Of a DNA stretch of 49,863 nt, positions 8,012 through 15,514 are shown piece by piece (within the stretch, counting starts at the first letter, position 1; every line of letters begins with the position of its first letter). This stretch comes from an uncultured Candidatus Saccharibacteria bacterium (GTDB lineage Bacteria; Patescibacteriota; Minisyncoccia; Phycocordibacterales; Phycocordibacteraceae). The notes beneath the pieces were generated by a model. It made no database searches and was not told the origin of the DNA. It saw only the letters and a program-made list of their open reading frames with translations. The DNA lies in the NCBI GenBank assembly GCA_964565655.1, contig CAZMFT010000001.1, forward strand, positions 3,390-53,252. Direction: 5' to 3'. The position numbers and the translations under genes are program-made.

Positions 8012-8772
8012 CAACCAACGAACAGGAAACCCAGCTCCGCGAGCGCATCCTCGCGCGTATCGAGACCGGGACGCTCCGCATGCGTCCGAGGGTATACTTC
8101 ACCGGCATGGCGGCGCTTACCGTCGCGCTCGCCGGAGCGGTCTTCCTCTTCTCCGCATTCATCCTGAGCTACATCCTTTTCATGCTTACGGAGCGCGGCG
8201 AGCACTTCTTGCTCTCATTCGGTCCGCGGGGCTTCCTCGCGTTCCTCGCACTCTTCCCGTGGACGTACCTCGCGCTCGACCTTATCGCGATATTCGCGCT
8301 CCGCGCCCTGTTGAAGCGCTTCCGCGCCGTATATCGCGTGTCGTATGTCCCGGTCATCATCGCGCTTACGCTGCTTTCAACGCTCGCCGCAGTGGGCATC
8401 ACCTTTACTCCCGTACACCGCTCGCTTCGTGAGCGAGCCGACGCGGACGATCTGCCGCTTATCGGTCCGTGGTACGCGGATCTCGAGACTCCTCGCGAGG
8501 AGTATGGCGAATTTCGAGGCACCGTCACCCATATCGAGGATCGGATGCTCACGATCTTCCATGATGACCGAGACCGGGATCAGGACGATGGGGAGCGGCG
8601 CGTGCATGTCCCTGAACCTACGGACATCACGGTATTCCGTATCGGGGACGAGGTATACGTCTTCGGCGAGTGGACGGATGGCGTCATCGAAGCCTACGGC
8701 GTGCGCAAGATGCCGGCGCGACACGATGAGGAAGATGAGGAAGAAGATGACAGCTCGGACGAGCTGGAATAG
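8008..8772 (+). CDS. Multi-pass membrane protein, putative cognate anti-sigma factor (254 aa)
   Basis: It has an ATGA overlap with the sigma gene. A short N-terminal cytoplasmic helix (LRERILARIE) is followed by about 4 TM segments, a soluble domain and an acidic tail. There is no zinc anti-sigma motif. Confidence 0.5.
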   Translation: MTTNEQETQLRERILARIETGTLRMRPRVYFTGMAALTVALAGAVFLFSAFILSYILFMLTERGEHFLLSFGPRGFLAFLALFPWTYLALDLIAIFALRALLKRFRAVYRVSYVPVIIALTLLSTLAAVGITFTPVHRSLRERADADDLPLIGPWYADLETPREEYGEFRGTVTHIEDRMLTIFHDDRDRDQDDGERRVHVPEPTDITVFRIGDEVYVFGEWTDGVIEAYGVRKMPARHDEEDEEEDDSSDELE

Positions 8773-8834
8773 AGAGGAAATATATCGTCTGCGTGCGGTG
8801 TATGAGAGGTATGGCCCTATAGGCCGTACCTCAT

Positions 8835-9014
8835 ATGACGTACTTCCAATACATCTGTCTCGAGTGCGGCTGGATATACGACGAATCGCTCGGCATGCCG
8901 GAGCGGTCGATACCGCCTGGTACCCGGTGGGAAGACCTGCCGGATGATTTCAAGTGCGGAGAATGCGAGGTGACGAAGGCAGAGACCCATATGTGGCAGA
9001 AGATCGCGATATGA
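8835..9014 (+). CDS. Rubredoxin (59 aa, below the ORF-track length cut-off)
   Basis: Translation is MTYFQYICLECGWIYDESLGMPERSIPPGTRWEDLPDDFKCGECEV... It has CxxCG...PGT.WEDLPDD..CxxC, the classic rubredoxin pattern. Confidence 0.75.
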   Translation: MTYFQYICLECGWIYDESLGMPERSIPPGTRWEDLPDDFKCGECEVTKAETHMWQKIAI

Positions 9015-9385
9015 GGAAGGACACCCGTACGTTTCTTGCGACCGTGCTCGGCATCCCGTTCGCGCTCCTCTTGGCGAGCGGACTCCATGCCGCGAACGAT
9101 TGGAATACCGTCTCGTTCGGACAGGACGCGACTCTCACCACAGGGTGGGTCGAGGAGGAAGATATCGACGAGTCCCTCGATGTGGCTGACGAAGTGATCG
9201 AGACAGCACCGGTCGCACCTGCGGAGCCTCCACCCAAGAAACCGACTCCAGACGCGATAGTGCCTGTGACGCCTGCTTCGCCGCCCGCGCCGACTCCACC
9301 CGCACCGACACCTGCGCCTGTCGTAAAGGAACCGACCGTAAAGAAGCCCGTGAAGAAACCGGCGCGCCGTACGCGCGCGAGCTAG
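9011..9385 (+). CDS. Secreted Pro/Ala/Lys-rich protein (124 aa)
   Basis: The ATG overlaps the rubredoxin stop (ATGA). A signal peptide MRKDTRTFLATVLGIPFALLLASGLHA is followed by an acidic segment and a PAPTP-type low-complexity tail. Confidence 0.55.
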   Translation: MRKDTRTFLATVLGIPFALLLASGLHAANDWNTVSFGQDATLTTGWVEEEDIDESLDVADEVIETAPVAPAEPPPKKPTPDAIVPVTPASPPAPTPPAPTPAPVVKEPTVKKPVKKPARRTRAS

Positions 9386-9387
9386 GT

Positions 9388-10314
9388 ATGCGCGAGTACG
9401 ACTACGAATTCAGGACGATGGGCTGCGAGGCGAGCATCAGCCTCGTCGCACCGGACCAGGCAAGCGCCGACGCCGCATGTGCGCGCATGCGTGCGCACGC
9501 GCATGCGTATGACGCGCGTTTCTCACGTTTCTCTGCGGAGAGCGAGCTTTCGCGGCTGAACCGCCTCGGCACGCTCGCCGTCTCGCAGGAATTCATGGAT
9601 GTCTTCCTCGTATCGCGGGAGCTGTCGAGACGAACAGGGGGAAGATTCAATCCGCTCATGGATATCTCTCGTTTCGGTTATGACGCGGATATCAGCGATG
9701 TGCGCGAACGAGAGCGCGCGACGATGAGCCCGTCCGAGCCGTATGACCTCTCAGTCGAGGCTATCGAGATCGATCCTCGAACCCGGACGATCACGCTTCG
9801 CGCAGGGCAACGGCTCGATTTCGGAGGGATCGTGAAGGGATATGCGGCAGAGCGGATAGCGCTATCCGAGCCTGACATGGCCGGAGTCATCGTGAACCTC
9901 GGAGGCGATATCTTCACCACAGGCTCGGACCCCTCTGGTGCGCCGTTTACGTTCTCGGTCGACGACCCGACCGACAGCGAGCGTGATATCGATTTCTTCG
10001 GTGCGGACGAAGCGGTCGCTACGAGCGGGACCTACGCACGGTCATGGCTCATTTCCGGCGTACCGACCTCGCACATCCTCGGCGCGTCAGGTACGCCGCT
10101 TTCGGGCTCTGATGTCATCTCGTCAACCGTGCGAGCGAAAACCGGCGCAGAAGCTGATGCGCTCGCGAAAATCCCACTCGTAGCAGGCGCTGCGGAAGGG
10201 GCTCGTATCCTCGCATCCATGCATGTGCCGTACTGTCTCATACGCGCTGACGGCACGCTTCGGATGTCGGATGGATTCATCGCGGTACCGCAGCACACGC
10301 ACGATTATGCCTAA
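9388..10314 (+). CDS. apbE: FAD:protein FMN transferase (ApbE family), no signal peptide
   Basis: ApbE hallmarks are present: FSRFSAESELSRLN, GRFNP, LDFGGIVKGYAAE, VNLGGDI, ATSGTYAR, HILGASGTP. The N-terminus runs straight into the domain with no hydrophobic leader or lipobox. Confidence 0.85.
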   Translation: MREYDYEFRTMGCEASISLVAPDQASADAACARMRAHAHAYDARFSRFSAESELSRLNRLGTLAVSQEFMDVFLVSRELSRRTGGRFNPLMDISRFGYDADISDVRERERATMSPSEPYDLSVEAIEIDPRTRTITLRAGQRLDFGGIVKGYAAERIALSEPDMAGVIVNLGGDIFTTGSDPSGAPFTFSVDDPTDSERDIDFFGADEAVATSGTYARSWLISGVPTSHILGASGTPLSGSDVISSTVRAKTGAEADALAKIPLVAGAAEGARILASMHVPYCLIRADGTLRMSDGFIAVPQHTHDYA

Positions 10315-10927
10315 AGCCTATTTCGAATTCATACGCATCCTCCAAGAAGCGCTGCTTTCTATAAGCATCGTGGTGCTCGTCGCGCTCCCGCCCCTGCTCG
10401 CGTATGGCAGCGAATTTCTTCCGACGAACCTATACTCCATCCTATTCACGGTATCTCTTTCGGCGGTAACCCTTGTCATGGCTGTGCGACCGCTCGCCGA
10501 TCTGTTTCCGCGCACCCTTTGGCCCCGCCCCCTCGTGATCCTGCGTAAAGGCGTCGGTGTTCTTTCCGCATCCATCATCGTCGCGATCATGCTCTCCCAT
10601 GTCATGGTGGACGGCATAGGATACTTTTCTCGATTTGCTGATCCTGTCACGTGGTCTATAGCGGGGGGTGCGATACTCGCGCCCCTCGGGGACCTTTCGG
10701 CACTCGTCCTTCTTATAACCTCGAACCAGTTCTCAAAGCGCGTTCTCGGGAAGCATTGGAAGCGTATCCAACGTCTCTCATACGTCTATTTCTATGCCGG
10801 AGCGCTCTACGAAGTTATCCTGTATGGAAGCGCATTCGCTCTCGTTTCTATGATTATCGTCACCATACTGGTAGCGGCGGCCTGGCTTCAGAAGCGCCTT
10901 TCGCCTGCCCGGCTCGCCCCGTTATGA
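10307..10927 (+). CDS. MsrQ/YedZ-like ferric-reductase-type 6-TM membrane protein
   Basis: There are six hydrophobic helices. SNQFSKRVLGKHWKRIQRLSYVY resembles the MsrQ segment [13 protein letters not shown] (recalled from memory). The start overlaps the ApbE stop. Confidence 0.55.
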   Translation: MPKAYFEFIRILQEALLSISIVVLVALPPLLAYGSEFLPTNLYSILFTVSLSAVTLVMAVRPLADLFPRTLWPRPLVILRKGVGVLSASIIVAIMLSHVMVDGIGYFSRFADPVTWSIAGGAILAPLGDLSALVLLITSNQFSKRVLGKHWKRIQRLSYVYFYAGALYEVILYGSAFALVSMIIVTILVAAAWLQKRLSPARLAPL

Positions 10928-11622
10928 CCATCGTACGCATGAAGGCGCGTATCGAGCGCGTCACTGAACTCTCTCCATCCGCGCGCGAAGTGGTTGTCGT
11001 GCCGGAGCGACCGCTTCCGTTTATCGAGGGTGCGTTCGTGAACGTATTCATGATTCATAACGGGCGCCACGTCCGCCGTGCGTACTCGATATCATCTTCG
11101 CACGAGACGACTGATCGGTTCACGCTCTCTATCAGGAAGGGTTCGCCGGAAGGCATGAGCATACGGTTCTGGGACCCGGATATCGTGGGGAGGGAGATCG
11201 AGATCATGGGGCCGTTGGGACTCAATACCGCGGATAAGATCACCAGACGACGGATATTTCTTTTCGGGTTCGGTATCGGCGTCTCAGTGATTAAGAGCAT
11301 CCTATCTGCCGTACTTGTCAGAAGCGAGGTGGAACGCATTACGGTTGTAACTGGAAATCGTAATGAAGAGGAGACGCTCTATAAGACGTATCTTGAGGAT
11401 ATTAGAGCCCGTGACCCGCGCGTGAACCTGCGCTTCGTGCTGTCGCGCCCAAAGGACGATTCATATGCGTATCGCGGGTACATACAGGACCATATGGGGG
11501 AGTATGATTTCACGGACGCATCCGTATATATCTGCGGCCCGAATGGTGCCTGCTACGACCTTAAGAAAGAGATACTCGCTCGCGCACCAGACGCCGAGTT
11601 CTTTATCGAAGCGTTCGACTAG
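10924..11622 (+). CDS. FNR/Fre-like FAD- and NAD(P)H-binding oxidoreductase
   Basis: It has the RAYSISS (RxYS FAD motif), GPLG, LFGFGIGVS and YICGP motifs. It overlaps the upstream gene by ATGA. Confidence 0.8.
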   Translation: MTIVRMKARIERVTELSPSAREVVVVPERPLPFIEGAFVNVFMIHNGRHVRRAYSISSSHETTDRFTLSIRKGSPEGMSIRFWDPDIVGREIEIMGPLGLNTADKITRRRIFLFGFGIGVSVIKSILSAVLVRSEVERITVVTGNRNEEETLYKTYLEDIRARDPRVNLRFVLSRPKDDSYAYRGYIQDHMGEYDFTDASVYICGPNGACYDLKKEILARAPDAEFFIEAFD

Positions 11623-11695
11623 GATTTCCCTACGGTGGTACCATGGCGTCATGAAAATAGAGGAACACATGGTGGACCTCCTTGCATCGCTTTAG

Positions 11696-12202
11696 ATGGA
11701 CGTCGTACCAGGAAAATCCAAGATACAGGGTGGCGGACTCTTTGCCGCGCGCGCCTATGCGCGCGGCGAGCGCATCATAAAGATGGGCGGGAAGAAGATG
11801 TCGGGGCGTCAGGTCGACCGCCTCATCGAGCGCGGGAAGCTTCGTATCGATGATCCGTTCGAGATAGGAAACGGGCGTTACATCGTGCTTGATCCGCTGC
11901 CTTTGCTTGCAAATCACTCCTGCAAGCCGAACGCAGGAGTCAGGGGTGTCGATGACCTTATTGCCCTCCGCGCCATACGAAAGGGGGAGGAGATAACGTA
12001 TGACTACTCGACCATGGTGGGAGACACCGCTGAGGACGAATCGCCGTGGACGATGCGCTGCCGGTGCGGCGCAAAGGGGTGCCGCATTAAGGTGGGGAAT
12101 TGGCGGACGCTCCCTACGCCGCGACTCGCGCTCTATCGCCGGAACGACGTGCTGCCCACTTTCATCAAGGAACTCGACCGCGCAGCGAACGTCCGTGAAT
12201 AG
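11696..12202 (+). CDS. SET-domain protein (putative protein lysine methyltransferase)
   Basis: It has NHSCKPNA, GEEITYDY and a post-SET-like CRCGAKGCR cysteine cluster. Confidence 0.8.
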   Translation: MDVVPGKSKIQGGGLFAARAYARGERIIKMGGKKMSGRQVDRLIERGKLRIDDPFEIGNGRYIVLDPLPLLANHSCKPNAGVRGVDDLIALRAIRKGEEITYDYSTMVGDTAEDESPWTMRCRCGAKGCRIKVGNWRTLPTPRLALYRRNDVLPTFIKELDRAANVRE

Positions 12203-12212
12203 TCTTTACCCG

Positions 12213-12252
12213 GAAAGGAAATATGTATCATATATGATACATATTTCCTTTC
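12213..12252. repeat. 40-nt perfect AT-rich palindrome (gaaaggaaatatgtatcata|tatgatacatatttcctttc)
   Basis: Read directly from the sequence. It lies between the SET stop (12202) and the next start (12288) and shares its TATCATATATGATA core with 1216..1243. Confidence 0.9.
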
Positions 12253-12287
12253 ATCCAGGAGTCATGGAAACGTGGTAGCGTAAGGGC

Positions 12288-12869
12288 ATGATGATAGATA
12301 GAAATTCGCGCCGGAACATGTTCCTCTGGCCCATCGCGCTCGCGGCGCTCCTTATCGGCATCTTTTTCCTCTACTCGCACCTCACGCGCGATGCCACGCC
12401 GCCTATAACCGCAGACCCGGACACCTCGGTACCGGACACGCATCCGGATTGGGAGACGTATATGAGCGCATCGAGCACGTTCAAGTATCCGAAGGATCTC
12501 GGCCTCACGTACGTCCATGCGACCGATTGGCCGCCTGCCGTAGTAATGTCGAGCGAGGAATTTTCCTGCACGGAAGCAGGAGTTGAGAATGAGTCGGGCG
12601 GCATAACCGTAGGCACCTGGCTTACGCCCGACCAGCCCGCCTGCGTAACCGTCCGAAGCGAGGGCGCGGCAGGGAGCACGTATCGGCTCTATGCGTACGC
12701 GATACCGCAGGCAGAAGGGCAGATCATATTCACGTGGGGCGCGAGGTTCCCGCAGTGCATGAATTACGACGATCCGCAGCAGTCCGCATGCAAGGCAGAG
12801 CAGGAATCATTCGACCCTGACGCCCTCATCTACGCCATATATAAAACGTACAAGCAGGTAGGCGACTAA
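12288..12869 (+). CDS. Hypothetical membrane-anchored exported protein (193 aa)
   Basis: It has an N-terminal TM helix (MFLWPIALAALLIGIFFLY), a Cys-containing soluble domain and GC3-rich codons. Confidence 0.55.
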   Translation: MMIDRNSRRNMFLWPIALAALLIGIFFLYSHLTRDATPPITADPDTSVPDTHPDWETYMSASSTFKYPKDLGLTYVHATDWPPAVVMSSEEFSCTEAGVENESGGITVGTWLTPDQPACVTVRSEGAAGSTYRLYAYAIPQAEGQIIFTWGARFPQCMNYDDPQQSACKAEQESFDPDALIYAIYKTYKQVGD

Positions 12870-13405
12870 GGCCATCTCTCAAGTACGTAGCGCTTTGCGA
12901 TATATCGGTACGAAAGGAATCCCATCAGGGAGCCGATGAGGATGCCGGCCACGATGTCGGACGGATAGTGGACGGATGCGGCGATGCGCGAGAGGACGAT
13001 CAAGACGGAGCCCGCGAACATAAGCGCCCCGAGGCGCTTATCGTAGAAATAGATCACAGTCGAGAACGCGAACATAAAGGTCGCGTGACCCGAAGGGAAC
13101 GATGGCGCGTCGACGAAGAGGAGCTGATTCACGTCATGGGATAGAAAGGGACGCGGACGTTCGAAAAGCCGCCATATCACCCCGGTTATCGCGAAGCGCG
13201 CGAACGTCGCAGTCGCGAGCGCGAGTAGGAAGACATATATGCGCTCTCGAAGCGGCCCGTGGCGGCGTACGATGAGCAGATGTCCGACAAGAAGGACAAG
13301 GAGGTACGGCAGCGTCTCCGCGAAAAAGACGATGAGCCAATCCACGCGCCCACCCCCGCCTGCGAAGCCGTTGAGGAAACCGAGCACGAGAAGATCAAAG
13401 GACAT
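12866..13405 (-). CDS. PAP2-family phosphatase (undecaprenyl-diphosphatase-like)
   Basis: All three PAP2 motifs are present: FERPRP, PSGH, SRIAASVHYPSD. The protein is multi-TM. Confidence 0.85.
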   Translation of the reverse strand: MSFDLLVLGFLNGFAGGGGRVDWLIVFFAETLPYLLVLLVGHLLIVRRHGPLRERIYVFLLALATATFARFAITGVIWRLFERPRPFLSHDVNQLLFVDAPSFPSGHATFMFAFSTVIYFYDKRLGALMFAGSVLIVLSRIAASVHYPSDIVAGILIGSLMGFLSYRYIAKRYVLERWP

Positions 13406-13435
13406 ACTCCTTATTCTACAAAATCGGAATCGTAT

Positions 13436-13464
13436 TTGACAGAATCGTACATTCTACGTATTCT
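13436..13464 (+). promoter_or_regulatory. Near-consensus sigma70 promoter for 13487..13768
   Basis: TTGACA-17 nt-TATTCT, followed by an AGGAGGG RBS at 13476-13482. Confidence 0.5.
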
Positions 13465-13486
13465 ATAAACAGATTAGGAGGGAATA

Positions 13487-13768
13487 ATGCCACGTACGCG
13501 TCTCGCGGTCTTGAATAATAGTCCGCTACTCCAGACGGTTCTCGCCGTCCTCGATGATGCCTCTTTGGCCAAGATCGACATCACGCAGGAAGCGAAGCAG
13601 AGAGGATTCAACATCCCCGACGGCAATCGCGTCGTGAAGTCGGCGGCGCTCATCGAGGTCTGCAATAATGGCGGGCACACCGAAGCCGCTCAGGCCGTCG
13701 CGGACCTCAAGTCGACCCACGTCGCCTTCGACGCCAAAGGCCTTCACGCAGCCGCACCTGCCTCGTGA
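13487..13768 (+). CDS. Hypothetical protein (93 aa)
   Basis: It has a strong promoter and RBS upstream and a hairpin downstream. No family recognised. Confidence 0.5.
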   Translation: MPRTRLAVLNNSPLLQTVLAVLDDASLAKIDITQEAKQRGFNIPDGNRVVKSAALIEVCNNGGHTEAAQAVADLKSTHVAFDAKGLHAAAPAS

Positions 13769-13779
13769 GACCCGCTTCA

Positions 13780-13810
13780 CCCGTCGCACCATTGCGGCGG
13801 GTTCCTTTTA
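13780..13810 (+). terminator. Probable terminator hairpin
   Basis: cccgtcgc-accatt-gcggcggg (one G-U pair) followed by ttcctttta. Confidence 0.45.
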
Positions 13811-13820
13811 TACTCTGTAT

Positions 13821-14066
13821 ATGGCCGCCTACTACGTCTATATCCTCGAGTGTCGGGACGGGAGCCTCTATACCGGCATTGCGACCGACGTCGCGCGTCG
13901 CGTCAAAGAGCATAACGAGTCGCCGAGGGCGGCGAAATATACCCGGTCGCGCCGTCCGGTGAAGCTCCGCTATAAAGCACGGTTCATGTCGCGCAGTAAC
14001 GCGCAGAAGCGCGAAGCTGCCATAAAACGCCTCACCCGAGCGGAGAAACTCGACCTGGTATCATGA
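13821..14066 (+). CDS. GIY-YIG nuclease superfamily protein (UPF0213-like, 81 aa)
   Basis: YYVYILECRDGSLYTGIATDVARRVKEHN is the GIY-YIG core. The track ORF from 13668 is an upstream extension. Confidence 0.8.
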   Translation: MAAYYVYILECRDGSLYTGIATDVARRVKEHNESPRAAKYTRSRRPVKLRYKARFMSRSNAQKREAAIKRLTRAEKLDLVS

Positions 14067-14359
14067 GCGGAATGAATGAATCTGAAGCCGAGCCCATCGT
14101 CGTGCCTGCAGTCGAGGAAGGGAAGGAGGAATTAGAGAAGCTCACCGAGATATCGAACGAGCTCGAGGAGATAAAGCATAAGGTCGCGCCTTCGCGCTGG
14201 CGCGTCTTGCGGAACGGCCTCTACCAGGGCGCGGGTGTCGTCCTTGGGGGTGCCTTGGCGGTCGTCCTCATCGGTTGGCTTCTCTCCTTCCTCGGCGTCA
14301 TTCCTGGCTTCCACGACACCGCGGAGTATCTCCAGGACATCGTGAACAGTCGCCGCTAG
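14063..14359 (+). CDS. Hypothetical protein with acidic coiled N-terminus and a C-terminal TM helix (98 aa)
   Basis: It overlaps the GIY-YIG gene by ATGA. A hydrophobic segment GVVLGGALAVVLIGWLLSFLGVI is present. Confidence 0.5.
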   Translation: MSGMNESEAEPIVVPAVEEGKEELEKLTEISNELEEIKHKVAPSRWRVLRNGLYQGAGVVLGGALAVVLIGWLLSFLGVIPGFHDTAEYLQDIVNSRR

Positions 14360-14364
14360 AGCGC

Positions 14365-15084
14365 ATGCAGATCCTGCACCGCCTCGCGCTCGCCGCAGTA
14401 GTCCTTCTTGCGGCGTACCTCATCGTCGCCAGCATAGTGTTCTATCGAAAGGTGCAGGTCTCAAAGACGCTCATAGAGAAAGCAGAACCGTTCGCGCTCT
14501 CTTCAAGCGATATGCGCGTGACGCTCCTCGTCCTCGGTGATAGCACCGCCGTTGGAGTGGGTGCAGATGCTCCCCAAGACACAGTACCGGGCCTGCTGGC
14601 TCAAAAAATTGGCGCGACATATGTCGAGAATCGTGCCGTTTCGGGCGCACGCCTCAAGGATATTCCCGGACAGATAGCGGCATCATCCGTGTCGTCCTTC
14701 GACACGGCGCTCCTTATGGTCGGCGGAAACGACATCATCCGATTCGCGGGGAGCGATAGGACGGCGGACGAACTGTCGCATGCGCTCGATGCGCTCCAAG
14801 AGAAGGGCGGTCGCGTGTATGTGATGTCCGCCGGGAACGTCGGAAGCGCAACCCTCTTCCCCTGGTTCATCCGGCCATTCCATACGAGCCTCAATCTGCG
14901 GTATCACGACGTGTTCGCGCGGGTTGCTGCAGCCCATGGCGCCACCTACGTGAATCTCTATTCGCCGCCTGAAGAAGATCCATTCGTGAAGCAGCCCGAG
15001 ACGTATCTCGCGAAAGACGGCCTGCACCCCTCATCAGAAGGCTACGCGCTCTGGTTCTCGCGACTCTTGGAAGTGGTACAGTAA
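14365..15084 (+). CDS. SGNH/GDSL-family hydrolase, membrane-anchored
   Basis: It has the GDS block (LVLGDSTAVG), GGNDI and DGLHPS blocks, plus an N-terminal TM helix. Confidence 0.8.
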   Translation: MQILHRLALAAVVLLAAYLIVASIVFYRKVQVSKTLIEKAEPFALSSSDMRVTLLVLGDSTAVGVGADAPQDTVPGLLAQKIGATYVENRAVSGARLKDIPGQIAASSVSSFDTALLMVGGNDIIRFAGSDRTADELSHALDALQEKGGRVYVMSAGNVGSATLFPWFIRPFHTSLNLRYHDVFARVAAAHGATYVNLYSPPEEDPFVKQPETYLAKDGLHPSSEGYALWFSRLLEVVQ

Positions 15085-15089
15085 GCAGT

Positions 15090-15512
15090 ATGTGGATGAT
15101 CTATGCGGGCGGGTCAGCCGTTGCGGCAGCGCTTGTCGCCATATTCGGGAAGATAGGTCTTAAGGGTGTTGATCCGACCCAGGCCACCGTGGTACGCGGC
15201 GTCATCATGGCCGTCATCCTCGTCCTTGCGGCTCTCGTCTTCCGGAAATTCGACGGCTTCACCTTGGCGACGTTCGAGACGCGCGCCTGGGTCTTCATCG
15301 TGCTTTCTGCAGCTGCTGGCGCATTGTCATGGGTGCTCTACTTCATCGCCCTCCGGGACGGGCCTGCGGGCGCGGTCGCCGTGCTCGACAAGATGAGCGT
15401 CGTATTTGTTATTATCCTTGCGGCCCTGTTCCTCGGGGAAGCGCTCACCTGGAAGAGTGTCCTCGGACTCATCCTCACGGTAGCAGGCACCTTACTCATC
15501 CTTTTCAAATAA
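15090..15512 (+). CDS. EamA-like (DMT superfamily) small transporter, 140 aa
   Basis: It is a half-size protein with 4-5 TM helices and an EamA-type sequence pattern (VFVIILAALFLGEALTW). Confidence 0.7.
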   Translation: MWMIYAGGSAVAAALVAIFGKIGLKGVDPTQATVVRGVIMAVILVLAALVFRKFDGFTLATFETRAWVFIVLSAAAGALSWVLYFIALRDGPAGAVAVLDKMSVVFVIILAALFLGEALTWKSVLGLILTVAGTLLILFK

Positions 15513-15514
15513 CT

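Noticed and set aside
10651-10923. N-terminal extensions of track ORFs (for example 10651..11622, 8954.., 10223.., 13668.., 14275.., 15329.., 6301.., 6045..6530, 46359.., 46880.., 47776..)
   Set aside because: The extensions overlap the preceding gene in another frame and are Arg/Pro-rich. The recognisable domain begins at an internal ATG that either has an RBS or forms an ATGA overlap with the upstream stop.
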